From: Octopus bimaculoides
Lineage: Eukaryota
Reading direction: 5' to 3'
Length of the DNA stretch: 43,490 nt
Assembly (NCBI RefSeq): GCF_001194135.2
Contig: NC_069007.1
Span: 329,491-372,980 of the forward strand
The number at the start of each line of letters is the position of its first letter. Within the stretch, counting starts at the first letter, position 1. The notes beneath the pieces are model-generated. The model was not told where the DNA came from, did no database searches, and saw only the letters and a program-made list of their open reading frames with translations. This document shows, one piece after another, positions 23,903-35,770 of the stretch. A program made the translations under genes and the position numbers.

Positions 23903-24414
23903 ATAGGTTGAGGAAAAAGTTTGTGCGCCGTGTTAAAATAATGATTTTATGCAAGAATTTATTCAAAAACAACAACTAATTTCTTCAAAATAAAAACCAT
24001 AATTTTTTCTCAACCTTCTGCCAACGATCTGCAAGCTTTCAGATTTGGTTAAAGTACCAATCCTTCGGCCTTGAATCGAAAACTTCATCGAATGACTCAA
24101 ATCGGTGACCTTTCATAAAGTGCTGTATTGATCGGAAGAGACCGTAGTCAGATGGAGCAACGTCTGGACTGTAGACTGGATGCGGCAGAACTTCCACACC
24201 GTTCAATTTTGTTGCTGGTCTTTCTGGCAGTATTCGGCTTTGCATTGTCTTGTTGAAACTAAGCGCGTTTTCGACGAACAAGTCTTGGGTACTTTTCAAC
24301 TGTGAGTCACCATTGAATATGACATGAACTGAATGAACACACACAAACCACAAATATATATATATAAAAAAATACATTATTTTAACGGGTACACGAACTT
24401 TTCCCTCAACCTAA
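23903..24414 (-). mobile_element. Internally deleted mariner (512 bp) with ~40-bp TIRs and TA target duplications
   Basis: TA|ataggttgaggaaaaagtttgtgcgccgtgttaaaataatg ... cattattttaacgggtacacgaacttttccctcaacctaa|TA; minus strand EVLPHPVYSPDVAPSDYGLFRSIQHF...KLADRWQKV. Confidence 0.92.
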
Positions 24415-25244
24415 TAATTAGATCCCTGTCTTGATGGTTTTAAAATTAGAATACAATAATCTTCGTTAATGTTTCCAAACGTAAAATTCGACCTATAAAT
24501 ATGCGTTGCCTAAAACTTTTGCAAGCTTATTTACAATTTCAGTTCGAAAAGTCTTTAAAAAAAAAAGTACCTCCTCTTACGTGTAATGATACTGCCTCGC
24601 AAATAGACTTTCCTAACAATCATCGACTGAAGAAAACGTTAACGGTATTCCGTAGACATATTCTGAATCAACCGGGAATTCGAGAAATATTTGTCTTATC
24701 AAAATAATTAAACATTTAACAAACGGCAATTTTTTTATTTTTTATAACAAACCTTTTCAAACATTTGAATTTTGATAGAAACGTCCTTCGACGTTAAAAA
24801 CTGAGAGTTAAGTTTTTAAAATTTACACGGTAGACTTACTTTAAATTATGAATATCTTGAAATACAGAGCAAATTTAAAGAAAAGGTCTGAGACGCTAGA
24901 TTCTTCTTATACGTCAGCTTTAAAGTATCTAATTTGCAACTTTTCCCTCCAAATAAATGATTTCCAAAATATCCCAAATAGTTGGAAATATCCCAATCAT
25001 CGTTCTAGATTTTAAATATCAGTTTTGAATAAAACTATCAAAAGACATTAATTATGAACATTTCAAGTTTCTCTTGCACAAGTTGAATTATTTGGACACA
25101 CACAATTATATATTTCATTCGTTTTTGTAGAGTCCCCCCCCCACACATATATATGTGTGTGTGTGTGTGTGTTTCGTAACTTATGTTATTCATAAACATC
25201 TACATTCAATCTTTCATTCTAAATTTCCCCATAACCTTTTCTGT

Positions 25245-25448
25245 CCTAGACACAAGGCCCAGAATTTCGGAGGAGGGGAGTTAGTCGATTAGATCGACAA
25301 CAGTACGCAACTGGTACTTAATTTATCGATCCCGAAACGATGAAAGGCAAAGTCGACGTTGGCGGAATTTGAACTCAGAACGTAAAGACAGACGAAATAC
25401 CACTCAGCATTTCGCCCGGTGTGCTAACGTTTCTGCCAGCTCACCACC
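25245..25448 (-). mobile_element. SINE family B
   Basis: aactggtacttaatttatcgatcccgaaacgatgaaaggcaaagtcgac..ggaatttgaactcagaacgtaa..ctgccagctcacc. Confidence 0.9.
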
Positions 25449-25722
25449 TTCATTCCGCCATAATGTCAGAACGAACCCAATGCTCTCTCCGTAAACTGGA
25501 AACTCCTCCCACTTCTACATTTCGAATAAGATTCTCTTGCTTGGTTCTATCCAATCAGCGCCTCTTATGTTATTACAATAACTCCAATATATCATTAGAA
25601 ATAATTTTTTATGTTCCATTCTTCCACTTTCGGATACGAGAACCACAAAGAGTCGATTTGTTACGTTTCAACTTCCAAAACACCCACCTAAACACCTCCA
25701 CACCGACACCCATATACATACA

Positions 25723-25753
<31 letters not shown>

Positions 25754-26103
25754 GCACACATACATACACACACATACATATATATATATATACACACATA
25801 TATACATACATATATATATATATGTATGCATGCATCTATCTGTCTGTCTCTCTGTCTGTCTCTCTGTCTCTCTCTCACTCACTCTCTCTCTCTATATATA
25901 TATGTATAAATGTTTTTGCTTGTGTAAGTGCGCGTATGTGTATTCGCATAGCAATGAAACATCAAAAACAGCATTATTAGCTATTTATTTGTCACGAGAG
26001 AAATCAGGAAAAAATACAAGTTAAAAAATGACCAAATAAAGATACACACACACACACACACACATTCACAGATAGATGCACACACACACACATACATATA
26101 CAT

Positions 26104-26156
<53 letters not shown>

Positions 26157-27557
26157 CACGAATACATACACACATATTCTTATATATATACATATATAAC
26201 TGTATATATGTGAGTGTGCATGTATATACATGTGTGTGTATGTATATACATGTGTGTGTATGTATATATCACTTCATGTGTTAGTCTTTGTGTTTCTATA
26301 TACATGTTTCGATGTGAACGCGTGTATTACTATGATTGTATTACACAATCATACGCACACTCACACACTTACACACACACACATATAAATATATATATAT
26401 GTGTATATATATATGTGTGTGTGTGTGTGTGTATGTAAGACTATGTATTGACTTTTATCTATATGTGTATGTATAAATGGGTGTGTAGTTAGTGAGGTGT
26501 TCTTATCAATTGTTAGCGTTTTAAGAAAGGTTTACGGTTCAGATTTTATTAGGAAATTTCTTAACATTTCATTAAAAACTAAAAGAAAGAAAGAAAAAAA
26601 AAACAACCACATTTTCTGCCATTATCGTAAAATAAATTATAAAGAAGTGTAGAAGTATTTTGGAAAAGAATTAAGGAAAGCCACACGAAAACAACAACAA
26701 CAATAACGTCCAGTATAACAAATATAACAACGAACCCCACAAACAATAGGCCGTGTGATGTATTGTCAACAGTAAAGGTGACATTGTGAGAACATTTTTC
26801 TACAGAAATTCGGTTATCAGAAAATAACATTTCAACTTTTTGTTGTTATCGGTGGCGGGTTGGGGAACGGCTTCCAGCGTTTAAAATGTTTCTGAATGAA
26901 CTAATAAATATCACACAAAACGCACATATACGCGTATGTACTCAATCATTCTTACACGCAGAAGTGTATAATTGTCTCATAAAGACACAAATTAAGCGAA
27001 AACGCACATAAATACAGCGTATTGCATATACACACATTAACATATAATTTATGCATGCAGATGCGTATATGTGTGTGGATTTATGCGATGGAAGGGACAT
27101 TCAGTACTAAGCAATGGCGGCTACTTTGCTGATTGGTATAGCTCTCAGGAGTTTAACACATGGCGGTTGTAGACGACAGTAATAGTCCGGACGACTGAGA
27201 AGAAATGTCCTCTATTGAAGAACAAATATCCTCTCATAGAAGTCCATCAGAATTCATTTTGCCAGTGGTCTAAACACCATTATAGAGTCGCCTTGAAATA
27301 AGGAGTAGAAGAACAGCCGACAACTGATAAAGTGGCCCTTTTCTTACGTTACTTATCTTGTTTTCCATCCGTTTCTCTCGTTTTTTTTTGCGTACTCAAC
27401 GTTATTTTCGTATTTCATGTTTGTTACGTTTTTGTAACGTCCTGTACCAATATATGCATAGCTATATACATATATACGTATGTATGTACATATGTGTGTC
27501 TATATATGCATATATATATATATATTATTATTTGACTAAAAGCCACGCATCCATTTC

Positions 27558-27599
<42 letters not shown>

Positions 27600-27925
27600 T
27601 AAGTAGGTAGATAGATATAGGTTTACGTGGCATAGTGACACATTCTCCTCCATCAGAAACAAAAGAAAACATATAAAAGGAAAAACGTAAAGCCTGCTCC
27701 TGTGAAAGCCTTGAAACGGAAACCACTTCTTTTCATGGGGGGGGGGGACTCTAATGTGTGACATTAAATTACAAATGACAGAAAGAATATAAAAAGGAAA
27801 ACCAAAACAGAATGATAAAACTAATAACGAACATCCATAGCAGTAGGTATTAATAAATTATAACTAATTAACCACAAAAAGTCACTACGTAGGGAATAAA
27901 TGGAGAAGTTTGGGTTGATAAGTAA

Positions 27926-28030
27926 TTATGATGATAATGACGATTTATAATGATTATGATAATAATGACAATAATGATGATGATGATGATGATGATATGC
28001 ATAGAGATATTGATGACGATGACGAAGACA
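27926..28030. repeat. (GAT)n-rich microsatellite
   Basis: Direct reading; source of the Asp-rich ORF 27928-28290. Confidence 0.85.
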
Positions 28031-28965
28031 ATATCATGATTGGGATGATGATATCGACGGTGATGGTGGCCGTCATAGTATTCAGAATGATGATGCGATC
28101 GATGGCTGTGGTGGTGTTGTTTGTGGTTGCCATGGTGACGACGTTGAAGATATTCTGTACCTCCATCTCCACGGATTTTCCGAAGCTTTGGTCACAGATT
28201 CTTCTTCTTATTATCATTATTATTATCGCTTCGGAAATAAGTAACAGTCAAGTCAATCTAATTAACCGGTCCCGCTACTTAAATTGCTGACGTGGAAGCA
28301 ATTATCATTATTATTATCATTATTATTATTCAACTTAGAAGATGGAGAGAGAGAAGGAGAGATGGAGAGAATGAGCATGAGAGAATGGAACAAAAACAAA
28401 GATGCTAAGAAGCAAACGTATAAAATAATATTTGAAACTGAGAAATTCTTGGAAATGTCACATGATTTTTGTAGAATAGTTTACGACTTAAAAGATTTTT
28501 AGCTGTCAAAAATATTTGCCGTGGCAGAACTGAACATTGAAATTCAATTATAAGCGATTGTATTACACAGCTAAATTGTCTAAAGTGTTTGTTAATATTC
28601 GGTGTTACGCAAGTAATTTGTTGCAGAAATGTGATAATGGTGCCGTGTTAAGCAGTCATACCATATTCCATGTGTTGTCAAAGACAATTTGGAATTATAT
28701 AGTTTCAGTGAATAAGCTAAGTACACACAAATTCACACACACATACAATACCAATAACATATATGCAAGCCTCCTTATATAAATCCTTATGCGTTTTTTT
28801 ACCTTATGAACAATGTATTCGCATAGAGAATATTTTGTGAAGATGATGGGCTACGATCGAAACAATTAACTCTTAACTCTGCGCACTATTAACACAGAAA
28901 ACACCATGTATGGACATTCATTATTGCACACACACACACACACACACTTATTCATATATATATAT

Positions 28966-29192
28966 TTCTTTATTGCCCACAGGGGGCTAAACATAGAGGG
29001 GAAAAATAATGACAGGCATAGGGTTTAAGTTGATTGCATCGACCCCAGTGCATAGCTGGTAATTATTTAATTGACCCCGAAAGGATGAAAGGCAAAGTCG
29101 ACTTCGGTGGAGTTTGAACTCAGAACGTAACGGCAGACGAAATACCGCTAAGCATTACGCCCGATGTGCTAACGATTCTTCCAGCTCGCCGG
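28966..29192 (-). mobile_element. SINE family B, near full length
   Basis: tttctttattgcccacagggggctaaac ... gaaaggatgaaaggcaaagtcgac ... ttccagctcgcc. Confidence 0.9.
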
Positions 29193-29268
29193 CCTTATTC
29201 ATATATACACACATATATATATATGTGTATATATTAATAAAAGATTTCTTTTTTATCTCTTTCTCTCG

Positions 29269-29299
<31 letters not shown>

Positions 29300-29590
29300 C
29301 CCTCTCAGCGGACACATAGCTCGCTGTTGTTCGGAAAAGATCGATGGGCCACGCTTTCCTGGTCCGTATTCGTATTGAAAATTGAGTTAGAGCGAGCTTT
29401 AGCCCTTTTGCTCGACGTGTGGTTTCCATCCACGCTGAGCTCGCCTTGGGACACCAGCGTTACTGTTTCACAGACGTGTACCGCCCCAGTCAAACTCCCC
29501 GACCGACACTGTTCTCGACTAAGGGTCGTGCATCGGCTTTGTCAGCGCCCGCAAAGGTGCTCGACATGCACCGCGCTCTTCGCACCAGAT
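29269..29590 (-). rRNA. Isolated 28S rRNA fragment (pseudogene), domain V
   Basis: Minus strand ggggagtttgactggggcggtacac...ggcgagctcag...aagggctaaagctcgc...gtcagaaaagttaccacagggataactggct matches universally conserved LSU rRNA (P-loop to the A2451-equivalent at 29275). Confidence 0.93.
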
Positions 29591-29863
29591 AATGAACCAC
29601 CACTGTATATATATATATATACCCAAGTGATCTTTTTTATTAAAAACTGCAAAATCATCACAAACTGTTACTGAAAGTTCCAATGAAAGCCTATTATTCT
29701 TTCTTCGGTATTCGAGTACCTATTCCCCCACCCCTTGTTTTGCATTTCTGCGCTTACTCGTGTATATAAGAGTTCTCTATATAAGATCGTTTCGATCGTG
29801 GTGATTAATAAGGCATAATAAAGGATATTCATCGACACAAAAGTAGCCAAATGTTTGGGTAGT

Positions 29864-29943
<80 letters not shown>

Positions 29944-30692
29944 ATACGATTGTCAGTCGGAATCGTAGAAGAGTGGTAGAATGATGTGTCATGCTATTGT
30001 AAGTATTTTAAGTCCGGTCTAAGTTGTAAGTAGAATTAATAGACTTTGGAGTCATTCATCGGCACGTCCAGGATGTGACCAGGAGAGGGAGAGAGGGAGG
30101 GGGAGAAGGAGAAAGAGGGAAAGGGAGAGGGGAAAGAAAGTTAAACCCCCATTCGGTTGGCGGCACTCCTGTTCCGCTGAGGAATCTGAAATGACGCGAA
30201 ATGAAGTAGAATGGCCCAGGACTCAACACACAACCCATTCGAAACCGCGATCTCATATCCATGTGCCTACATGTACATATATATATATGCATACACACAG
30301 ATTGACAAATATACACACACACACATACTGACTATTGTGTGTAGGGTATGTGTGTGTGTGTGTGTGTACGCATAACTGCCTATGTCCGAGAATTATGCGT
30401 TTGTGTTCGTTGAAAATTCATTTACTGAAAACGGTAACTTTCTAATAATTCTGTTCTTGTAACACCATGATGTAATCCTGTCATAATACGTGCATGTATG
30501 TATGTTTATATATAACTATTCACTCTCTCTCACTCTCACCACACACACAAACATGTGTAGAAGACTGATGGAAGACTTCCGGCAAGTCATGTCTGCAACA
30601 GAAGTACAGTTTCATTTCAGAAATCTCACTTCCGCTTCGTACCGCAGGTTGTGCCATCAGTGAATGATCTGTGCAGAAATCTTCTGTTTCAG

Positions 30693-30782
30693 GTTTCTTT
30701 GTCTTTAACCGCCTAAATATAGATGATGCACTCCAGGCTGTTGTACCTCTCTTACGTTCTATGGAAACGAATTGTTTGTTGA
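30693..30782 (+). CDS. Weak candidate exon (90 nt, phase 1-1)
   Basis: tcttctgtttcag| ... TTGA|gtaatt; reads (G)FFVFNRLNIDDALQAVVPLLRSMETNCLL. Confidence 0.2.
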
Positions 30783-30872
30783 GTAATTGCCAAGATATTA
30801 TATATTTAAAAAGTAAACGACTGAGGTTAATAACTTAGAGATGCTATCTGCATTGTAAAGCAATTTAGAAAG

Positions 30873-30933
<61 letters not shown>

Positions 30934-31544
30934 ATTTAATAAATATTATTGTAAAGTACAGAGTGAATTCAAAATAATTAAAATACAACTTAAAATGCTT
31001 CGCTTTGTCACTCAAAACAGATGTGGATTCCTGTTATAATTACCTTACACCAAAAGTGTAAGAATAAAAATATCTGTTGTATTGATACCTATTTAAAGAT
31101 TCGGAATAAACGCAATTGAACTCTCTGAATTCATCAAAGATTTTATATAAGATAAGGATATAATCATAAAAATGGTTATATCAGTGGCCCAGCACATAAA
31201 AATGACCGCGTTTAATTAATTATTTTACGTATATAATTATAGAGATATATTTATAGTTAAGGCCTACTTTGAGTGGATTGTAGGTGTTTGACATTTACTT
31301 CTAGCATAGGCACCGGTCATTACCAGTCGCCCTTAACTACAGTCATATCTCTATAATTATATATATATACACACACACACACGTGTGTGTGTGTGTGAAG
31401 GCGCCTGGCTGTTTTTTCAGCACAACTTCATTGAGATCTTCCAATGTTTGATATTAAACTTCTACAAGGATTCTTTTCATCAGCCAACGAGGTTATTTTT
31501 AAGATTTCAAATTTGATTCGAGTTGAAATTTGATAGTTGCTGTT

Positions 31545-31730
31545 GCAGCTGTTTAGACCCTGGTCAGCTGTGATCAATGATTTTCCAGCCATCCCATCTT
31601 TTTCTGATGTGTAGAGAATCCAGACGTGCGTTATTCATAATATTCTTGTATTTTGCATGGCATGCATAGCGGACATTTGGCTGTTATTTCTAGCTGGTTT
31701 ATCAACCGACAAGAGGCATCCTCGTTAGAT
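31545..31730 (+). repeat. Dispersed repeat, family D
   Basis: gctgtttagaccc..ggacatttggctgttatttctagc..caaccgacaagagg. Confidence 0.55.
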
Positions 31731-31987
31731 CGATCAATATTATTATATGTGGATCGAAAGGTAGATTCTGACAAATATTGATAAATAATCTATTACAGGG
31801 ATAAATATAATCTCCACCATCAAAAGAGATTTCATTGTGGAAAATAAAAAAGAAAAAAAAAAACATGATAAAGATCAAAACAAGAAAAATTGGTAAAAAA
31901 ACAAAAAAAAAAGCGAAGGGTAAAATTCGTACAAAAAGATTTCTTTTTTAAATATATATATATTCTTTATTTTAATTTTTTATTTAG

Positions 31988-32069
31988 ACAATTGTTCTAC
32001 TTGTCAGCGACACTGGCATGCGATCCATCAGCTCGCTGATTCTGATATTGGATTTAGCCGTTGGAAATG
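31988..32069 (+). CDS. Weak candidate exon (82 nt, phase 1 to 2)
   Basis: T-rich acceptor ttttttatttag|, donor AAATG|gtaaaa; reads (D)NCSTCQRHWHAIHQLADSDIGFSRWK. Confidence 0.2.
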
Positions 32070-32389
32070 GTAAAAGAGAAAATGAAGAAAGAAATGTTCT
32101 TTTGATAAGAAATTTCGCTGTGCAAAAAACAAAAAAAAAAAGGACTAAAAAAGAAACAAAAACCACAAAAACAGAAAAGCATTCCTTTACGCATGTTTTT
32201 TTTTCTTTAAATTCTTTATATTTTCTTTTGTTGTTGTACGTGTAATTCTTTCCTATGTCATAACAAGCTTCAGCAAGTAATTGATCGAAAGTCTTGTAGA
32301 TAAACTCTTTGTTAAGAATTCTCTTCGTCTTTATTTGATGCTTGTTTTCTTGTTTTTTTTTTTGTATTTCACTTTTTTTGTTTTCTCAG

Positions 32390-32469
32390 AATTGACGGAC
32401 GGTGGACATTTTCGAATCAATAAGTTCGTAGATCGATGTAACTTTTACGTGAAAGAACTACGACAATGA
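32390..32469 (+). CDS. Candidate terminal coding exon (phase 1)
   Basis: Strong acceptor tttttttgttttctcag|; open in phase 1: (E)LTDGGHFRINKFVDRCNFYVKELRQ*. Confidence 0.3.
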
Positions 32470-32544
32470 CTACTACTACTACTACTGCTGCTGCTACCAC
32501 TACTGCCCCTGCTACTATCGACGACACCCCACAGTTCCAAGTCA

Positions 32545-32593
32545 TGATATCACGCTATGTGATATCACGCTATGTGATATCACGCTATGTGAT
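32545..32593. repeat. 15-bp minisatellite (tgatatcacgctatg) x3
   Basis: Direct reading; the array forms the palindrome gtgatatcac across unit junctions. Confidence 0.9.
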
Positions 32594-32816
32594 GCTTTGA
32601 TATTTACTGCATAATCACTGATCCAACAGGGCCGGCATTAGCGCTTATAAAGTTGGAGTTGGTATCAGATAGCTTACATCTATATACATACATACATACA
32701 TAGTACACACACACACATATAGATATACAGTTATATAATTGTGTTGGTGCATACATATATACACATATCTATCTATTGATCTATCTATCTATCTTATCTA
32801 GCTGGCTACCAATCTA

Positions 32817-32851
<35 letters not shown>

Positions 32852-33217
32852 TGATGGAGTCCCTACTGGTATTCTGGTATTCGAAGCATTACAGTCAAAC
32901 AATTTTACATTTTCTTTCCCTTTGTTTTTCTTTCTCAGTACGATCTTGATGAAAAGTGGTCTAAGCAAATACATTGGACAGCTTCAAGCGGTCAGGTCTC
33001 GCGTGGTACCATTCACACCTCTTCATTTCTGCTGTTAACAATAGTCTGAGCAAGTATGCCACGTGACAGGCGGTCAGCAGACTCCAGTTGTTTGGCCGTT
33101 GACTCTAACAACTGCCTCCGCCTTTCGACGGATTATGCCTTTCATCTTGCCGGGTACCCAATAACCTCATTCCTCACCATATATAGATGTATACATACAT
33201 ACACACACACACATATA

Positions 33218-33490
33218 CAGGGTGGCCCAAAAGTATGTTTACAGATGTCAAGTAGGCACTTTAAATTTCTTTTAAAACATTTCATTACATTTAAATTTCT
33301 TTCTTACAATCATATTGTTTATGCACATCTTAGACAGACAATGCTTAATCTCTCAGATGCTCAAAATATCATCCTTCAGCATTGCAACATTCTTCAAACC
33401 TCTTCAGAACACTCTGACACACAGTGCGGCACAAATTCCATCAATTTCAGTGATTGCTTCAGAAATGTAATCTTTTAATTCATTTACTGT
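33218..33490 (-). mobile_element. Tc1/mariner-superfamily 3' end: TIR plus transposase C-terminus
   Basis: TA|cagggtggcccaaaagt terminus; minus strand TVNELKDYISEAITEIDG / LCRTVCQSVLKRFEECCNAEG*YFEH. Confidence 0.75.
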
Positions 33491-33506
33491 TTTGGGATTC
33501 TTGTTC

Positions 33507-33567
<61 letters not shown>

Positions 33568-34429
33568 CATGCATGTATGTGTTTGACCCTCACTATCGCG
33601 TGACAACTGGTGTTGGTGTGTATGCCCCCATAAACACACACTTAAATTTGTGTTTATTAAATATCATACTATACGTAAAGTTGCTATGGTTACTGGGAGA
33701 TTGATTTTCTATTTAAAGAGCTGGGCGAACCGTTAAAACTTGCTGAGACTTACTCTTCTGACCAATAGATGATGAAGAGGTGGAGAGTTACGAAAGATTT
33801 TATCAGTGATGAGGCTATCCTTTAAAGCCTTTATAATAAAAGGAAATGTTTTCAAATATTTCTCCAGATGAAGAAAAACACGTAATTTTGCGCATGTTGT
33901 AATAAGGCTTTACGGGATAACGACTTCACGGATAAAATACTACTTATTTTCAACACAACTAATTGTCGCCTCTTGATTGGCCTCTCTCTCTCTCTCTCTC
34001 TCTCATAAAATATGCTTGCTTACTCAAACTTCGGTTACTACATCGCCTTCCTTTTACCAGCTTGATAAAGAGAGAAAGTCTGAGACGATGTATTTCACGA
34101 GGCTTTTTGTGGGTTTTATTATGATATCAATACTTTGTTAACTAATCGAACGCTATACCACCGGTTCAACTATATACCACACACAGATACACATACACAC
34201 ACTCTGCTCTCTCTCACAAACACAAACACACATTATACATGCATGTTTATATATCATACATACTACATGCATTATATATATATTTTAATATTTAGAGAAG
34301 AACCACCATGGTTCAACAGGCACAAAGAAGGAGATCAGACGCCATCAAGAAAAGTGTCCTACACAAAACTAGTTTAAAAATCTAAAAAATCCAAGGTAAA
34401 ATCTATAAAACATAAAATCTATGAAATAT

Positions 34430-34544
34430 TGGACTAAGAATTAAAATCTCTAACTCTAAATTATAAAAATATTTTTCAATATACAACTCAATTTGATATT
34501 ATCAAATTGTATTTCCTTGTAAGTTCGGATTTTGTAATTCCCTA
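34430..34544 (-). repeat. TAGGG-initiated AT-rich repeat related to 2011-2173
   Basis: Minus strand tagggaattacaaaatccgaacttacaaggaaatacaatttgataatatcaaattgag. Confidence 0.4.
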
Positions 34545-34634
34545 ANNNNNNNNNNNNNNNNNNNNNNNNNNNNNNNNNNNNNNNNNNNNNNNNNNNNNNN
34601 NNNNNNNNNNNNNNNNNNNNNNNNNNNNNNNNNN

Positions 34635-34667
<33 letters not shown>

Positions 34668-34705
34668 GGTACAGTACATGTTTTTATGTGCAACTAATAG
34701 ACTCT

Positions 34706-34771
34706 TGTGCTTAGAACATGCCAGGCAATGTGTTATAATACGTCTGACATTTAGCACACTCATCAGGCACA
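34706..34771 (-). ncRNA. Degenerate hammerhead-like motif downstream of the PLE ORF
   Basis: tgtgc-CTGATGA-gtgt..acac-attgcctggcat..gcaca; the GAA box is missing. Confidence 0.25.
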
Positions 34772-34959
34772 GACCATATGGCAAAACGAAGAGTTTAATG
34801 AGAGAAGAAGAGAGAAAATGCGGGATGAAAGTATTTATAAAAAGGGGAAAATTAAAAAAAATTAGAGAACGAAAAAGTAAATGAAAAAAAGTAAAAGGGT
34901 AAAAAGAGTTATCTCCCTTAGACCATAATTCACAGGGCTGGCAAAATAGTGACTTAGAT

Positions 34960-35770
34960 TTAATGGTACAAATTAATCTGATACAGATCAGATTCATAAT
35001 TCTTCAATAAGAACTTAGGCATTTGTTTACACCCACTGAGAATTTCAGATCTAGAGTTCAGTAGTGATTTAGAGATCTTATATCGATAAAGGATCTGAGC
35101 TCTATCAACTAAGCATAGCTTGCGTTTTTTTGATCCGTTAGCATAAAGTGTGATTTTTTCGGTTATTTTCCACTTTATCGTATGTGGTATTGCGTTAGAT
35201 TTCAAACTCTATGCGTGGATAGTTAACTTAATAGCTTTGCTTTTGTCCTTATGTCGGAAGGACGCTATGTGATTATCATAAGGATTTTAATCTTTTATCT
35301 ATGTTGGATTTTACGTTAAAGATAAAAAAGAGGGGGCGAACCAAATTCTTTTCCATGGTTTATTTTTAAGTCTATTATTGTTATTATTTTGATGAATATT
35401 AGAAGGGTTATTTATTAATAGATCTTGAAATCCACTAGGACTATTATTATTCTGATTAGTATTAGAGGGATTATATATTAATTTATCTTTAAAGTCGCTA
35501 CTATATTAAGGGGCTGCTTTCTTGAAAATTTCTTTAGAGGAAGATAGCTTTAGACGTTCTTTTACTAACCATCAAGTTTTTAAATATTACAAAAGGGCTA
35601 CAAAACTGTTTATGTGTATAGGCGAGTTTCTCGTTAGGCTTATGGAAAGGTTTATAAGAGGAGTTTAGGTCTATGGAATCATCTAAAAAATCAACTATAA
35701 ACAGATTAGTAGCTACTGTGAGTTTAAGGCCTACTTGACTGAAGGGAGAAATAAGTTTTTTCTCAAATGT
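34960..35770 (-). pseudogene. Penelope-like element ORF relic: RT C-terminus, linker and GIY-YIG C-terminus
   Basis: GLKLTVATNLFIVDFLD..DLNSSYKPFHKPNEKLAY.H; IWFAP..NVKSNI; YDNHIASFRH..IHA*SLK..IKWKITEK..YANGSKKRKLCL..LLNSRSEILSGC. Confidence 0.88.

Noticed and set aside
28835-28875. gtgaagatg...atcgaaacaatt as a hammerhead
   Set aside because: C3 is missing and there is no stem III or stem I pairing.
29745-29845. Minus-strand tcgatga...cgaaacgatctta as a hammerhead
   Set aside because: Stems I and II are too weak and the palindrome is broken.
18740-30782. Stitched peptide RSESMEFYGFFVFNRLN loosely resembles the Dcp1 EVH1 motif GFxIxNRLN
   Set aside because: The upstream Dcp1 motifs (ALY, WxK, EGTLF) are absent and the junction is hypothetical.
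32545-32593. Short palindromic repeats as a CRISPR-like array
   Set aside because: The units are directly tandem with no spacers, in a eukaryotic context.
32939-33040. Strong-looking acceptor with a SAM-like peptide ILMKSGLSKYIGQL
   Set aside because: No good donor, and a shifted frame reads LDEKVV*ANTLDSFKR, typical of a CR1-type LINE 3' remnant.
34654-35700. AT-rich stretch first suspected to be a mitochondrial insertion
   Set aside because: The minus strand translates to Penelope RT and GIY-YIG motifs; no mitochondrial gene was recognised.
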